Below are positions 37,956-50,026 of a stretch of DNA of 64,000 nt, in pieces. Both the position numbers and the translations under genes were made by a program. The number at the start of each line of letters is the position of its first letter. Positions within the stretch are counted from its first letter, which is position 1. Under the pieces are notes generated by a model, which saw only the letters and a program-made list of their open reading frames with translations, was not told the DNA's origin and ran no database searches. This stretch comes from Podarcis bocagei (taxonomy: Eukaryota): NCBI GenBank assembly GCA_964188305.1, contig OZ076886.1; one strand, given 5' to 3'.

Positions 37956-38181
37956 CAGGGGTCCACTGTCCCTCAGACCTTGTGGGGGGCTGGACTATAT
38001 TTTCAAAAAATAATAATAATGAACGAATTCCTATGCCTCAGAAATAACCCAGAGATGCATTTTAAATAAAAGCACACATTCTACTCATGTAAAAATACAC
38101 TGATTCCTGGACCGTCCGCGGGCCGGATTTAGAAGGCGATTGGGCCAGATCTGGCCCCAGGCCTTAGTTTACCTACCCATG
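37956..38181. mobile_element. hAT MITE related to the 39901 element ends
   Basis: caggggtc...ctacccatg; TSD cattaaat/aattaaat; shares ctgtccctcagac and actata motifs. Confidence 0.75.
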
Positions 38182-38388
38182 AATTAAATCATAGTGGGGG
38201 TATGAGAGACAGAAAGTCTAGTGTAAAGAGACTGCCTTGATTTTTAAACAATGATCTTGTACTGATAATTTAAGTTGATGTGTCAGTAGCATACAAGCAT
38301 TTCTGTTTTTGTAGTTATGGAAACAGAGTCGCTGTAATGGTAGTTTGAGATCTGCCTAGCAGAGGAGTTCACCCAGTCAATTTCATAC

Positions 38389-38518
38389 CATAATGAGATC
38401 TTGTTTTTCTTTCTCTCCTGAAGTGATGGCCTTCTTAATAGCTTTCATTTCACTTAAGATAGCTTGTGCCTCATCAAGTTTATATCCACCTTGGGTATCA
38501 GCCATTTTCATATCAATT
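38389..38518 (-). CDS. WWC1: WWC1 exon 6
   Basis: tgaag|A ATT...ATG|gtatg, 130 nt; [43 protein letters not shown]. Confidence 0.96.
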
Positions 38519-39284
38519 CTTCAAGATGATGTAAAAAAATAGAAGAGAAACAGTTATTAACAGGAAAAACAAGACTAGTTAGCTCTAAAGACAAGGGACT
38601 TTGCTTTATGAATCTTGTTTCAGGGGGTGGGGGTCAAAAGAGTGATTTTTTAGCTACTGGTGCTGTACCCCGCTCAAAATCCACACCAATGGGATTTATT
38701 ATCTGTCTCCAACTTAATGAAAAAATTGAATTTAAGATTTCAGAAATGGCAGCGACTGTGTTATTACTGATATTTGTAAACTGCTCTGGAAGCCTCTTGG
38801 CTGAAGAATAAGTTAATGTTTATTATTTATTTATTAAACTTTCAACTTATACACAGCCCTATACCCGGAGGTCTCAGGGTGGTTCACAACAAGACCACAA
38901 CATGTAAAATCAATCCAAAAGCAATAACCCAATAACGCCCCCCCCCAAAAAGCCACATTCTAAAAGGGTGTTGGATATCAATAAGATCAACCAAAGGCCT
39001 GGTTAAAAAGGAACATTTTTGCCTGGAGCCTAAAGGTGTGTAATGAAGGCTCCAGGGGAACTTCCCTGGGGAAGTTAACTTATGTCTATTTTCATAAAGG
39101 AAGAAAAGGGGAAATATCAAATTAAACCATGAACGGCAAACTATAGGAAAAATCTTGGTTACAAGCTCGTGGGGAGTCTGGCGAGAGCAAAAATCACAAG
39201 CCCAGGATCAGACTAAGTCAAATCATTACATTACCCAACTAGATATAAATTAAAAATGGTAGCAGGTGAAGATAATTAACTTAC

Positions 39285-39364
39285 TTCTTCAACGTTTGGA
39301 AACCAATTTCCTTATACTGTAGTTCCTGTCTCATATGGGCAACTTCTCTCTTCAGTTTATTAAC
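39285..39364 (-). CDS. WWC1: WWC1 exon 5
   Basis: aacag|GTT...AA|gtaag, 80 nt; VNKLKREVAHMRQELQYKEIGFQTLK. Confidence 0.96.
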
Positions 39365-39900
39365 CTGTTGAAATGTGAACAGAGCAAAGTATTTTGTACT
39401 TTAACAAATATTTTCCACTACTTTATTCAGAACTTTACTTTAAAACCCAAGTGAGGTAAACCAAGTAAGTGCTGCAAACCTTTGGAAAACGTTAAATTAA
39501 TAAATAGCGTATATGGAACAATCTCTCTACTATCAATTGTTATGGTTTTACCATCTTTTAAGGTTGGAAGAAAACAGTTATTAATGTTTTTGTAAATGCA
39601 ATTATAAATTGAGAAAAACTAAATTGTAGGATTATGGCCATGAAGCAAAGGTCTTTGTTTTGCACTTTACCTTCCTTTCATTCACTTCTTGTTTTGATTT
39701 GGTTCAAATTTGTTTCTATTTTGCTGACTCTTCTCTTGGATGCATGTATGTGATATATGTAATCAATAAAAATAAAAATGTTGTTATTTTGTAATGGACA
39801 CTGTGCATTAGCCTGGTTCATACATCACCAAACCATGGCTTAGCCCTGCACAGTAAGTAGCATAACCACCAGCACATTCTCACTAAGCCATGCTTTGGAG

Positions 39901-41153
39901 CAGGGGTCCTCAAACTACAGCCCATGGGCTGCATCCGGCCCACCAGGGTCCTGAATCTGGCCCACTCAGGCTTGTGAGAGTAAGATGCCCGGAGTTGCTG
40001 TAGGACAGAAACCTGGAGGGAAGCTCGCTGGCATCAGCAACCGGTTTGGCTCGCCATCCGTCGCGCTTCCCCCTCCCCTTCCTCCCAGAGGAAGAGCTGC
40101 CCCTTCCTGTCTCTCCAGGTCCCTCCCTCTCTCCCAGCCAGTCTGAAACTTGCTTGGAGGGGCATGTGGCTTGCCCAAGGAAGGCGAGCAGGAGCCACGC
40201 GGGAGACTTAGGACCTTGTGGTGAGCGGGCTTGGCGGACAGAGACCCAGGACCTTGCTGGTAAGTGGGAATGCCGGGCACAGCTGCTGAAGGGGCTGCGC
40301 AGCGGCCTAGTTGGCAAAGTGTGCGCAGGATCGCTTGCCAGCCGCATCCTTCTGGGTAACTTTGCTCTCCCAATCGCCACCCCTCCGGTGCGCGCTCCTC
40401 GTCTCCCACTGCCCTTCAGGTCAGTGCAGGTCAGGGGCCGTGGTTGTCCCAAGAAAGTGCACGAGGAGAGGTTACTTTTGCAAAAGGCCGCAGTGAGTCG
40501 TGGGGATGGGCGACACGCAGGCAGGCTGTGGGGACTGGGAGTAGGGAGACACAGGCAGGCTGGCGTGTGGGGATTTGGGGTTGAAGAACAGGCATGCAAG
40601 CTGGGGGGTATGTGGATGGGGGTTAGGGAGACACACGGCAAGTTGGGTCGTGAGGATGGGGCTAAAGGAGACAGGTGCAGGCTGGGTCATTGGGTTCTGA
40701 GTTAGGGAAGCACATGCATAGGCTGGGTTGTGGGGAAGGGGGTTAGGGAGACGTGTATAAGCTGGGTTTTGGGGATTAGGGCGTGTACAGGCAGACGCAT
40801 GTATAGGCTGGGTTGTGGGGATGGGGGCATGGAAGGCCTGCATGTAGACTGGGCCATGGGAGTGAGGGAGATTCATGTGTAGGCTGGGTTGTAGGGACGA
40901 GCATTAGCGATACTGACCATCTCATTACCCAAAAGCAGGCCCGTACTTCCCATTGAAATACTTTGTGTTGATTAAAATCGTTCTTCATTTTAAATATTGT
41001 ATTGTTTTTTCCCTGTTTTTTGTGCACCACAAATAAAATATGTGCAGTGTGCATAGGAATTTGTTCATATTTTTAAAAAACTATAGTCAGGCCCCCAACA
41101 GTGTCTGAGGGACAGGGAACTGGCCCTCTGTTTAAAAATTTTGAGGACCCTTG
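39901..41153. mobile_element. Non-autonomous hAT (Charlie/OC1-like ends) with GC-rich interior
   Basis: TIR CAGGGGTCCTCAAA / TTTGAGGACCCTTG; TSD ctttggag/ctttgggg; no transposase ORF. Confidence 0.85.
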
Positions 41154-41221
41154 CTTTGGGGCATTGGAAATTTCAGGTTGTTATATTACAAGGAATTAAA
41201 AGCACCACTTTCCCCTCTTAC

Positions 41222-41298
41222 CCTAGATTTTGTGGTAGCAATTTCCGCTTTAAGAATTTCTGGATCATATTTTGAGCTAGATGAGGAACTGGAAACTA
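41222..41298 (-). CDS. WWC1: WWC1 exon 4
   Basis: tgtag|TA GTT...AGG|gtaag, 77 nt; [25 protein letters not shown]. Confidence 0.96.
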
Positions 41299-41447
41299 CT
41301 ACAATAAAAGGAAACAAACAAACAAAACAAATATTAAAAGCACACCAAAGAAGGAACAGAAAAGTATACGAACAAATCACAATATTTCCCTTGTAAGCAT
41401 TTGAGTTAATAATAATAATAATAATAATAACAATAATAATAATAATA

Positions 41448-41787
41448 CAGTGGCGCCCCGCAAGACGAATGCCTCGCAAGACGGAAAACTCGCTAGACGA
41501 AAGAGTTTTCCGTTATGGAGGTGCTTCGCAAAACGAATTTCCTATGGGCTTGCTTCGCAAGACGACAATGTCTTGCGAGTTCCTGCTGGGTTTTTTCCCT
41601 CCCCCCCTTTTTCTAAGCCTCTAAGCCGCTTATCAGCTGATCCGATCAGCAGATAAGCCGCTAAAAGCCGCTAATAGCGCTAATAGCACTAATCCGCTAA
41701 TCCGTCAATGGGCTTGCTTCGCAAGACGGAAAAAACGCTAGAAGAGAATCACAGAACGGATTCTTTTCGTTTTGCGAGGCACCACTG
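41448..41787. mobile_element. Tigger-like MITE inserted in an (AAT)n microsatellite
   Basis: TA|cagtggcgccccgcaagacg...cgttttgcgaggcaccactg|TA; (AAT)n on both flanks. Confidence 0.85.
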
Positions 41788-42592
41788 TAATAATAATAAT
41801 AATAAATGGCAAATAAACACAAAATTTTGGGTTGACTATCTAGCAGTTTCCGGAAAAAGAGGGACAAAAAGTATTAGAAAATGGAAACAAGGGAATCTGC
41901 AGTGATTTCAATTGAAAGCTTGTCTCAAAATGTAACGTCAAGATTTGAGAAGTAACAGCTTGCTCTTCCAATCCTAACTTTCCATTTTAAAGGTGTTTTC
42001 TGTTTTTAGAATTTCAGCATTTAAAGTAAAACCTTTCCTACTGACAAAAGTCACTGTGACAGTTTCTACTAATCAAAGTTATTTGTATACATTAATGTCA
42101 TATAGTATTTATGTGGAACAGCAGTGACACGAGTAGCGAGTCTACATGCATGTAGACACTATTTGTGGTATAGTTTATGCGTATTACCTAATGTTATTTG
42201 CTCTTGAATAAGGGAAATAATGCACAACTGATTCTTTTGAAATTTGTCTCCACTATCCAGCACTTTCAAAAGTCACTTTTAAAAACAGAACAGCAGCTCA
42301 ATTCTTGGCAGTGGGAGCTGCTGCAAGGAAAACCTCCAGGTTTTTATGAAGTTCTTTTTCTCATGGATAGTTATTGTGGATTGTAGCCCATATCTTCAGG
42401 CAGTTCCAAATCTTAACCTTCAAAAGGCAAGACAGAAAATTCCAAAATATAGCTCAGCTATGCAAAAAATTTAAAAGGCTACAGGCACCAATGATCATGA
42501 AATGTTTTTAGTGTATAGCTTAAAGGAGATAGGTTTGTTTTCAACAGACTGATCCTATGGTGTAAGGGACAGGAGGTTGTAAGACAGGATTA

Positions 42593-42807
42593 CAGTGGTA
42601 CCTTGGGTTACGAACTTAATTCACTCCGGAGGTCCGTTCTTAACCTGAAACCGTTCTTAACCTGAGGTACCACTTTAGCTAATGGGGCCTCCCACTGCCA
42701 CCACACAATTTCTGTTCTCATCCTGGGGCAAAGTTCTTAAACTGAGGTACTACTTCTGGGTTAGCGGAGTCTGTAACCCGAGGTGTTTGTAACCCGAGGT
42801 ACCACTG
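42593..42807. mobile_element. Tigger-like Tc1/mariner MITE
   Basis: TA|cagtggtaccttgggttac...gtaacccgaggtaccactg|TA; inverted homologue at 60806-61047. Confidence 0.9.
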
Positions 42808-42871
42808 TACCAAGCTTCATGACATACTAGCAGAACTAGGATAAAGAACAAAAATCTAACCAAGAACTCAC

Positions 42872-43075
42872 AACTAGTCTGAGATCCCAGCTTGTGCTCC
42901 CAGACATCATGAAGTTGTTGGTATTCTTGCTGTGCTAGTTCAAGCCTTTGTTGCTTGACCTGGTAGATCTCCTTCTGAGCAGTCAGTGCTTCTTGTGCCA
43001 GTACCAGGTAGTCCTTCAGCATGTGTTCCTGCTCCCGCCGCCATTGCACTCGAGGATCCTCTATCTGCGTAGTTT
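42872..43075 (-). CDS. WWC1: WWC1 exon 3 (end of WW2, coiled coil)
   Basis: caaag|AA ACT...T|gtgag, 204 nt; [67 protein letters not shown]. Confidence 0.97.
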
Positions 43076-43218
43076 CTTTGAAACAAGTGAACATCTTTAG
43101 AGATAACTTAAAACAAATAAACACAGCCAAATCTAGCTTAGAACAGAAGTTTCCACCATTTCTCATTTCTGACACAGCCAACTTGCCCACTAAAGGCATG
43201 CAATTGTTTATATACCAT

Positions 43219-43343
43219 GTTGTTGTTGTTTAGTCGTTTAGTCGTGTCCGACTCTTCGTGACCCCATGGACCAGAGCACACCAGGCACTTCTGTCTTCCA
43301 CTGCCTCCCGCAGTTTGATCAAACTCATGCTGGTAGCTTCGAG
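43219..43343 (-). mobile_element. RTE-BovB 3' end fragment
   Basis: Minus strand gtccatggggtcacgaagagtcggacacgactaaacgactaaa(caa)n; second copy at about 51997-52111. Confidence 0.85.
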
Positions 43344-43814
43344 ACTCATGTTTGTAGCTTATATACCATATACCTTCCTTAAAAACAGAGGTCTGTTTCC
43401 CTCTCTCTAGAAGCTTGTTTATCCCTGTCAGGAGACCAGGGCAGTTTAGCATAAATGAAGCACCTCCTTTCAGATTTGTTTCTGTTAACACAGTATTGTT
43501 ACTCCCATGGAAACTGGTAACAATCTTGAATATACCAGTGGGGAAACTAAACAGCCAAGACAGATATTGTGCACTGTACGTAACACATCTTGCATTTGAC
43601 CAGTTAAATTTACTGTTTGCTTCTTTCTCTGATCACTCCCTATGCAATTTGTTCTCAAGATTTTTCAGATTACTGATACTAAGCTTTTCAGGGACCTTCC
43701 CTCCCATCACTCATATATGAAGTATGTTAGTGATTCCCAAATCTCAATTTAGGATTTACTAAAATGACACAAAGGAAGTTTGGATTTCCCTGTTCCTTCA
43801 GTACAGATACATAA

Positions 43815-44298
43815 GGTGGTATTCAACTAAATTTCACTCAGAATAGACCCATTGAAAGTCACGTTCCTAGGTTTTGATGTATCTACCCTCTCAGACCCTC
43901 CAAGTGTCCCTATTTTCCAGGGACAGTCCTGAATTTACAGAAGCTTTCTTGGTTTCTAATTTGATCCTGGAATGTCCCGCTTTTTCTTAGGAAATCCTAT
44001 TTTCATCAGAGAAATGTTGGAGGATATGGAGTTATGAGACCCCCGAGCCAAGGAGGTAAGTAAATTACAACCTTTAGAAGACATATGAAGGCAGTCCTGT
44101 ACAGGGAAGTGTGTTAAGGTTTAATGTTTAATTGTGTTTTTATATATGTTGGAAGCCGCCAAGAGTGGCTGGTGCAACCTAGTCGGATGGGCACGGTATA
44201 AATAATAAAATTGTTTCTGTTGTTAAACAGGACATCCCTATTTTCATTGGAGAAACGTTGGTGGGTATGCCCTGTGTAAAACTTAGTTGAATACCACC
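43815..44298. mobile_element. Palindromic MITE containing a nested composite MITE/L2-tail element (43892-44269)
   Basis: Outer TIR GGTGGTATTCAACTAA/TTAGTTGAATACCACC; related uninterrupted copy at about 10223-10340. Confidence 0.65.
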
Positions 44299-45343
44299 CA
44301 GCATATGCTAACTCTTTTTAGGCCTACTCATGCTTTTACTTGGCAGGAAACAGACAAAGGCAGGGAAACAAGAACAACCTTGACATAATGCAGCCAAGAC
44401 TGTGGTAAGTAATTGAATTGGCTTGTAATGTTAGTTATTCCCCATGTGAGATTCACAGAAGCTCCTGGGTGTCATGTAAGCAAAGTGCCCCATGCCACCA
44501 ATATATGAGAGACTATATTTGAATTTGTGTTACTGATCAAGTGTTGAGAAAAAGAAAAGTCTTGTGTTTTGTTCTGTTCTGGTGCAGGTTTTTGTTTGGA
44601 AACCAGGAACAGGCGTTTCAGTTCTTCAGCCAGCATTAAACGCTTCAGGCTGTCTGAACTAATCATGCTTGAGTGAGGATGCCTAGTTACCACATAATGA
44701 ATAATTAATATGGAGGGGCTGCAGGATACCAAAGGAATCTAATCTGCATAATTTAGGCCTTCCTTTAAATATTTAGTAAAAGCTGTTGTGGCAACGCAGC
44801 CATTAAAAGGATCCAAGCAAACCAGAAGGTTTTCTTTAGTGCTTAATGATCTACGATCCAGAAAGTCACCTGCCACTGACACAAGCCAAAACATTTAATT
44901 TTATCAGCATCTGGAGGCTGCTGGTATGATGACTATAAGCAGGCACAACTCATTTTGACTGGAATACACTGTGTACATGCCAGCAGGTTAATGCTATTAA
45001 ACACAGAAATGCAATGGTGTGAACAACACTTCAACAAATGAGCCCAATCCCCATCTTCCGGCTTTACACACTTAAACTTGAGTTTGTAGCTTCTAATCTA
45101 GTCCTTTTCAAGGACCTCTTACTTGACGTCTTCCAGAGCTTCTCAACCTTATTTGGTAAATAATAAAGTATAAATTTCTGGCAATCTGTACCCCAGGTTG
45201 TCTCACATTTCTAACATTAATGGTTTTGCTATGGACAAGTTTGGGGAAGGGGATGGGGACGAGGAAAGAGAACACTGAAGAGAAAGACAGAAGCAAAGAA
45301 TCCCTGGCTGACTTGTCTCAATTTCTGAATGAGGAACCAAGTA

Positions 45344-46139
45344 CCATATTTTTTGCTCCATAAGGCTTTGGGGGGGGGGGGAATTCAAGAAAAAAAAAAT
45401 TTAAAGGGAGCGCTGAGCAGAGCCTGTATGCATCCCAGGCTCCGCTCAGCGCTTCCTTTCACGAGCCGTGTGGAGTGTGTGTGTGGCTCTTGGGGGCTTT
45501 CCCCCCATGAGGCAGAAGGGCAGGCCATCACTGACATTAAAGAACACTCTGCACGGTTCTTTAAAGGGAGCGTGACTCTTGGGGGCTTTTGCAGAAGGTG
45601 GGGGAAGTGAGAGACCCTCGCTCTGTCCCTTCCCCCACCTCCTGCAAGAGCCGCACGCTCTTTAAAGGGAGTGCAGCTATCCCTGGCTTTTGCAAAAAGC
45701 CAGGGATAGCCGTGTGAAGCCTCCACAGGGTAGCGGGATGAAGGCTCCCCGCTGCCCTGCAGAGGCGCAACGCAGCGTTCTCTCTAGCTATTTTAGCTTC
45801 TGCCTTAGCGGCGCAAAGCCTCCTCAAGGCAGCAGGGAGCCTTCATCCCGCTGCCCTGCGGAGGCTTCACTGGCTACCCCAGAGCTGCTCAGGAGCTTGT
45901 TGGGGCTGGAGGGGGAAGCCTGGGTTCCCCCCTCCAGCCCCAAAGAGCAGCTCAGGGTGCAGCGGACAGGATGCGCAGAGCCTTCCCGCTGCTCCCAGAG
46001 CTTGTGGGGCTGGCGGGGGGAGCCCTGGTTTCCCCTCCCCCCAGCCCCAGGGACCACACATTCGCTCCATAAGACGCACAGACATTTCCCCTTAGATTTT
46101 AAGAGGAAAAAAGTGTGTCTTATGGAGCGAAAAATACGG
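45344..46139. mobile_element. Tc2/Kanga-like non-autonomous element (longest copy)
   Basis: TA|ccatattttttgctccataag...cttatggagcgaaaaatacgg|TA. Confidence 0.85.
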
Positions 46140-46182
46140 TAGTTCTTACTGTCAAAATGGTTGCCACACCGAGGCACGTACT

Positions 46183-46695
46183 TATGGAATCACAGAGTGT
46201 GCGCCACAGAGTTGGAAGGAACCATGAGGGTCATCTAGTCTAACTCCCTGCAATGCAGGACTCTTTTGTCCAATGTGGGGACTCAAACGCATGACCCTGA
46301 TGTCAGGGAGAGGCAATCGGGAGAAGATTTAAGAACAGAAACCAGCACTTATAGAGAGCTGAAAGAGATCATTAGAAGCCTGTCGTCTGGCAGCGAGTCA
46401 GAGGCAGGGAGGGAGGAGGATGAGCGTGGAACAATTCATTCTGTACACAGAGGAAGTCAGGGGCGGGGTTTCCGCAGACTTGCATGCTGGGTAAAAAAAA
46501 GGAAAAAGAAATCAGACGCGGCAACTGTGCCAAAGGGGTCGGACGTTGATTGAAACACTGGAGATGTACTTTTGAACTTTGTCAATAAATCAAATAGATT
46601 GGAACGGGCCGTAAGCCCGGAGTTTTATCTATGCCGGCTTGACAGCATTAACCCTCTGACACCTGAGATTAAGAGTCTCATGCTCTACTGGCTGG
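46183..46695 (-). mobile_element. tRNA-Lys(CTT)-derived SINE with CR1-like tail, split by a solo LTR
   Basis: Removing 46301-46666 restores gtagagcatgagactcttaatctcagggtcatgcgtttgag on the minus strand; uninterrupted copy at 55355-55502. Confidence 0.8.
46301..46661 (+). mobile_element. Solo LTR (361 bp)
   Basis: TGTCAG...CTGACA termini; perfect 5-bp TSD cctga (46296-46300 / 46662-46666); AATAAA at 46584-46589. Confidence 0.88.
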
Positions 46696-47859
46696 TCCAA
46701 AATGATGGAAAACACACTATTGATTTTTCTCCACAAACATGGATGCTGTCGTTGTCCAAGGAGCATTTGCAAGGTGGCTGCTCCACTTCCTCTCCCACAC
46801 AAGCGCTTACCATCCATAAATACATCTCTCTCTCACATATGCACACAAAGCGAAGGAATGCATTTCTCCATCTTTCTCAGCAGAAATCTATTTTTCTGTG
46901 GCACACTTGTGAGTGCAAACACATGGTGTAATAAGTGGAACACACATATGGAAAAAGCCCCTTCCTGGGACAAAGCAAGTGCTCACAAACAGAAAATGGA
47001 CCTATCCCGCTGTCCCTCATTTCCTGCACACCCAGAAAGACAGAAAGATTTCTTTATTGGGGTGCGGGGAAGGAACTAACAAAGGGATTTCTCTAACAGG
47101 ATGATTGTGGTGCCTCTTCCTTTCTCCCACCCCAGACAACCAGGAAAGCTTCCTTGATGGGGGGAAGGAAGGAGTAATGGGATTGGGATAATCTGTGGTT
47201 CCTTTCTTTTCCCTATCCCCGTTTCCTTGATGGGGTGAGGTGGGTGAGGAAGGAGCAACAGGATAGCTCCAATGGGGAAATTTTGTTCCTTGTTTTCCTG
47301 CACCTCTGACAATCAGGAAAGCTTTCTTGATGTTTTTTGGAGGGGGTTGCGGAGGAAAAAGCCATAAGATTCCACCATTCACTGTCAAATTTTCCAAGTG
47401 TAGTAAGAAGGGACTGAGGCTAAGAGAAAACTGGGCAACAAAATATAGGATAAAAACTAATTTCAAAATAAGCAAGTGTAAAAAATAATTGCAAACTCAG
47501 CAAGTGTAAACTCAAAATGAACTCAAATACTCAGGCTGATAACTACCTGCTAAAATAACAAATGAAAATTTCACAATGTAATTATTGTAGTTTGGTGAGG
47601 AGAAAAGAGAGTAAATAATAAAAAAACCCTCTTCCCAGAGACCAGAGAGTATATATTGCCTTAAAGAAAAATAAAATGCTCCCAACTGAAGAGACAACCC
47701 CTGTAACGGAAACAGTCACGGTAAAGACCGCAGAAGCAGCCAAAAAACCAAATAGGAGTAGGTGGGGTGGGTGTGGGTGTGGTAGCTCTCAGCCTGAAAC
47801 CACTAAATGTTAACCCCAAAACTTCAAAGAAGTGGATGGAGGATACAGCTAGCCCATAC

Positions 47860-47962
47860 CACACCAGGCAATAAGCAGAAAAAACATGTCAGGCAGCCCA
47901 ATGTTTACTCGTTGCTGTGGGTGCTGCAGAGGATAAAGGAGGAAGGAGGAGTTTCCTTTCAT
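47860..47962 (-). CDS. Candidate alternative coding first exon of WWC1 in intron 2
   Basis: MKGNSSFLLYPLQHPQQRVNIGLPDMFFLLIAWC+G|gtatgg; phase 1, in frame with exon 3; no expression evidence. Confidence 0.4.
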
Positions 47963-49787
47963 GGGAGACAGTCATTCTCCAAAGCTCTCTCTTAGCCAGA
48001 GGAAGCCACTGAGCCTTCCTTTCTTCTGAAAGAGGGGGTGGGGGGAGCACACCCCTCCATAAAGAGCAGTGGAGGAAGAGGAGCAGCAGCAGCAGCAAAA
48101 AAAAAAAAGAGCTGTCAGTTCCATCCGAAAAAACAACGACTTATAGTATTCCTTAAACTTCAAAAAACAAATAAATTATCATCTTCGGCAAGTACTCAAG
48201 GCACTGGCTTTTATTCAGTCCAGCAGCTATAGAAGAATGGCCCACTGGGGCACTCACAAGTCTTTTAAACCAAAATGCCAAATATGTGCAGTATTTAAGA
48301 AAGCTCAGAATATTTTGAGTCTGAAGAACAATCCAGTTGCTTGCGTCAGAGACAAATGCCAAGAGATAGTAATTTTTGCTTCTTCCCATATCCTCAAAAT
48401 GAAGCCCTGGGAAAAATACTTCGTGAGAATGTTCATTAATAATGTAGTCAGGAGGCGAATATTCTAGGTTCTTAGTTCCATTTTATTATCTTTGCTTTAG
48501 ATAGCACCATATAAACCACAATTTTCTGCCAGTGAAAGGTCTGTCTAATAGAATGAAAGGAATCTGTGCCAGAAAAACATTTTTTAAAACCAGGCTTCCT
48601 GTTTATAATATGCATGTATTATGTTCACTTAACTAAATTTAAAACTTTAAAATTTTCAATGTATCAGTAATAAAATTTCAATTTATCACTTCCATAACAT
48701 AGATTTTAGCAGCAAAATGGATTACAGATACATTTTGGGGTGGGGGCAAGACGAACTTTCCCCCCCTTTCAATTGAAATCTGTTTCTGGTTTTCCAACTG
48801 TTTAATTTTTCTGTCTAAGCCTTACAGATTTATATTTAACTAGCAGCAGCTAGCATTTTCACAGTGGTTTTGACTGTAATCGTATGGCCACTTAACTGAG
48901 ACTTAACATCTACTGAACTCAGTGGGACTTGAGTAGACAGCTAACGAACTGAGCTTTCGACCAGTCTAAAGTGCTTCAAACACCATATACTACAGATACA
49001 GAACTGAGGTTAAACAAAAAGTAGCTTTTCTAAGACCACCTTTTCACAGCTGAAACAAGACTTGAACCAGGGATTTATGGTTCATAGTTCAGAATCTAAG
49101 CCACTCTACTGCAGCAGGTATCTAACTGAGCAATGACAAGGCACCTGCTGAGATGTACTCCAGAATGAAACAGAGCATTTTTTCAACCCCTAGACAGGTG
49201 CAATGTGAGTTTTCATGTTGGCCCATTTATGTAAAGGATGGCTGTCCAATCAGCTGAAACAGTCAAAAGCTTTTATGTGGAGACCATCAAAGGAAATTGA
49301 AAGTAGTGGGATAGTTAATCAATAAAGCATCTGATGCTGCAGAAGCCACTGAGGAGGGTGTGCACAAACTTTTCACAAGGACCAGTGGGGAGAGCTGGGA
49401 TGTTACAAATAATAAACCAAAACATGGATTCATCAGACAAGGATAGTGTCTATTGAAGCCTCCATTTAGACCTTCTGATTCTATAATTTATTTCTGTTTT
49501 ATTTATATTATTGGTTTATCTTTGCATCCTGGGACAAGATATAAATAAAATAATGATACCAGTAAGTACATGCATGCATGTTATTGGTAGTAACAAACAT
49601 AGCGGCATAGCATGTTTTCATCACACCCAGGGTGCATGCACGTATACCAGAAGAGGCAGGTAATGGAGGGGAAATGGAGCCCACCATTTACCAGTCCATC
49701 CCTCACTGCCAACAGAGTGACTCCAGCCCCAAACTGCTTTGATCAGATCCCAAATTTGCATGGCAGGCTTGTGGATTTGATACCCTG

Positions 49788-50026
49788 GAGTTTGGATTTG
49801 ATATCCCGCTTTATCACTGCCCAAAGGAGTCTCAAAGCGGCTCACATTCTCCTTTCCCTTCCTCCCCCACAACAAACACTCTTTGAGGTGAGTGAGGCTG
49901 AGAGACTTCAGAGAAGTGTGACTAGCCCAAGGTCACCCAGCAGCTGCATGTGGAGGAGCAGAGACACGAACCCGGTTCCCCAGATTACGAGTCTACCACT
50001 CTTAACCACTACACCACATTGGCTCT
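49788..50026 (-). mobile_element. tRNA/CORE-type squamate SINE (Squam3-like)
   Basis: Minus strand head agagccaatgtggtgtagtggttaagagtgg; 3' end gatatcaaatccaaactc also at 35213-35297, there followed by (TTC)n. Confidence 0.8.

Noticed and set aside
39910-40876. 134-243 aa ORFs in the second hAT element
   Set aside because: No recognisable domain; partly translations of a minisatellite.
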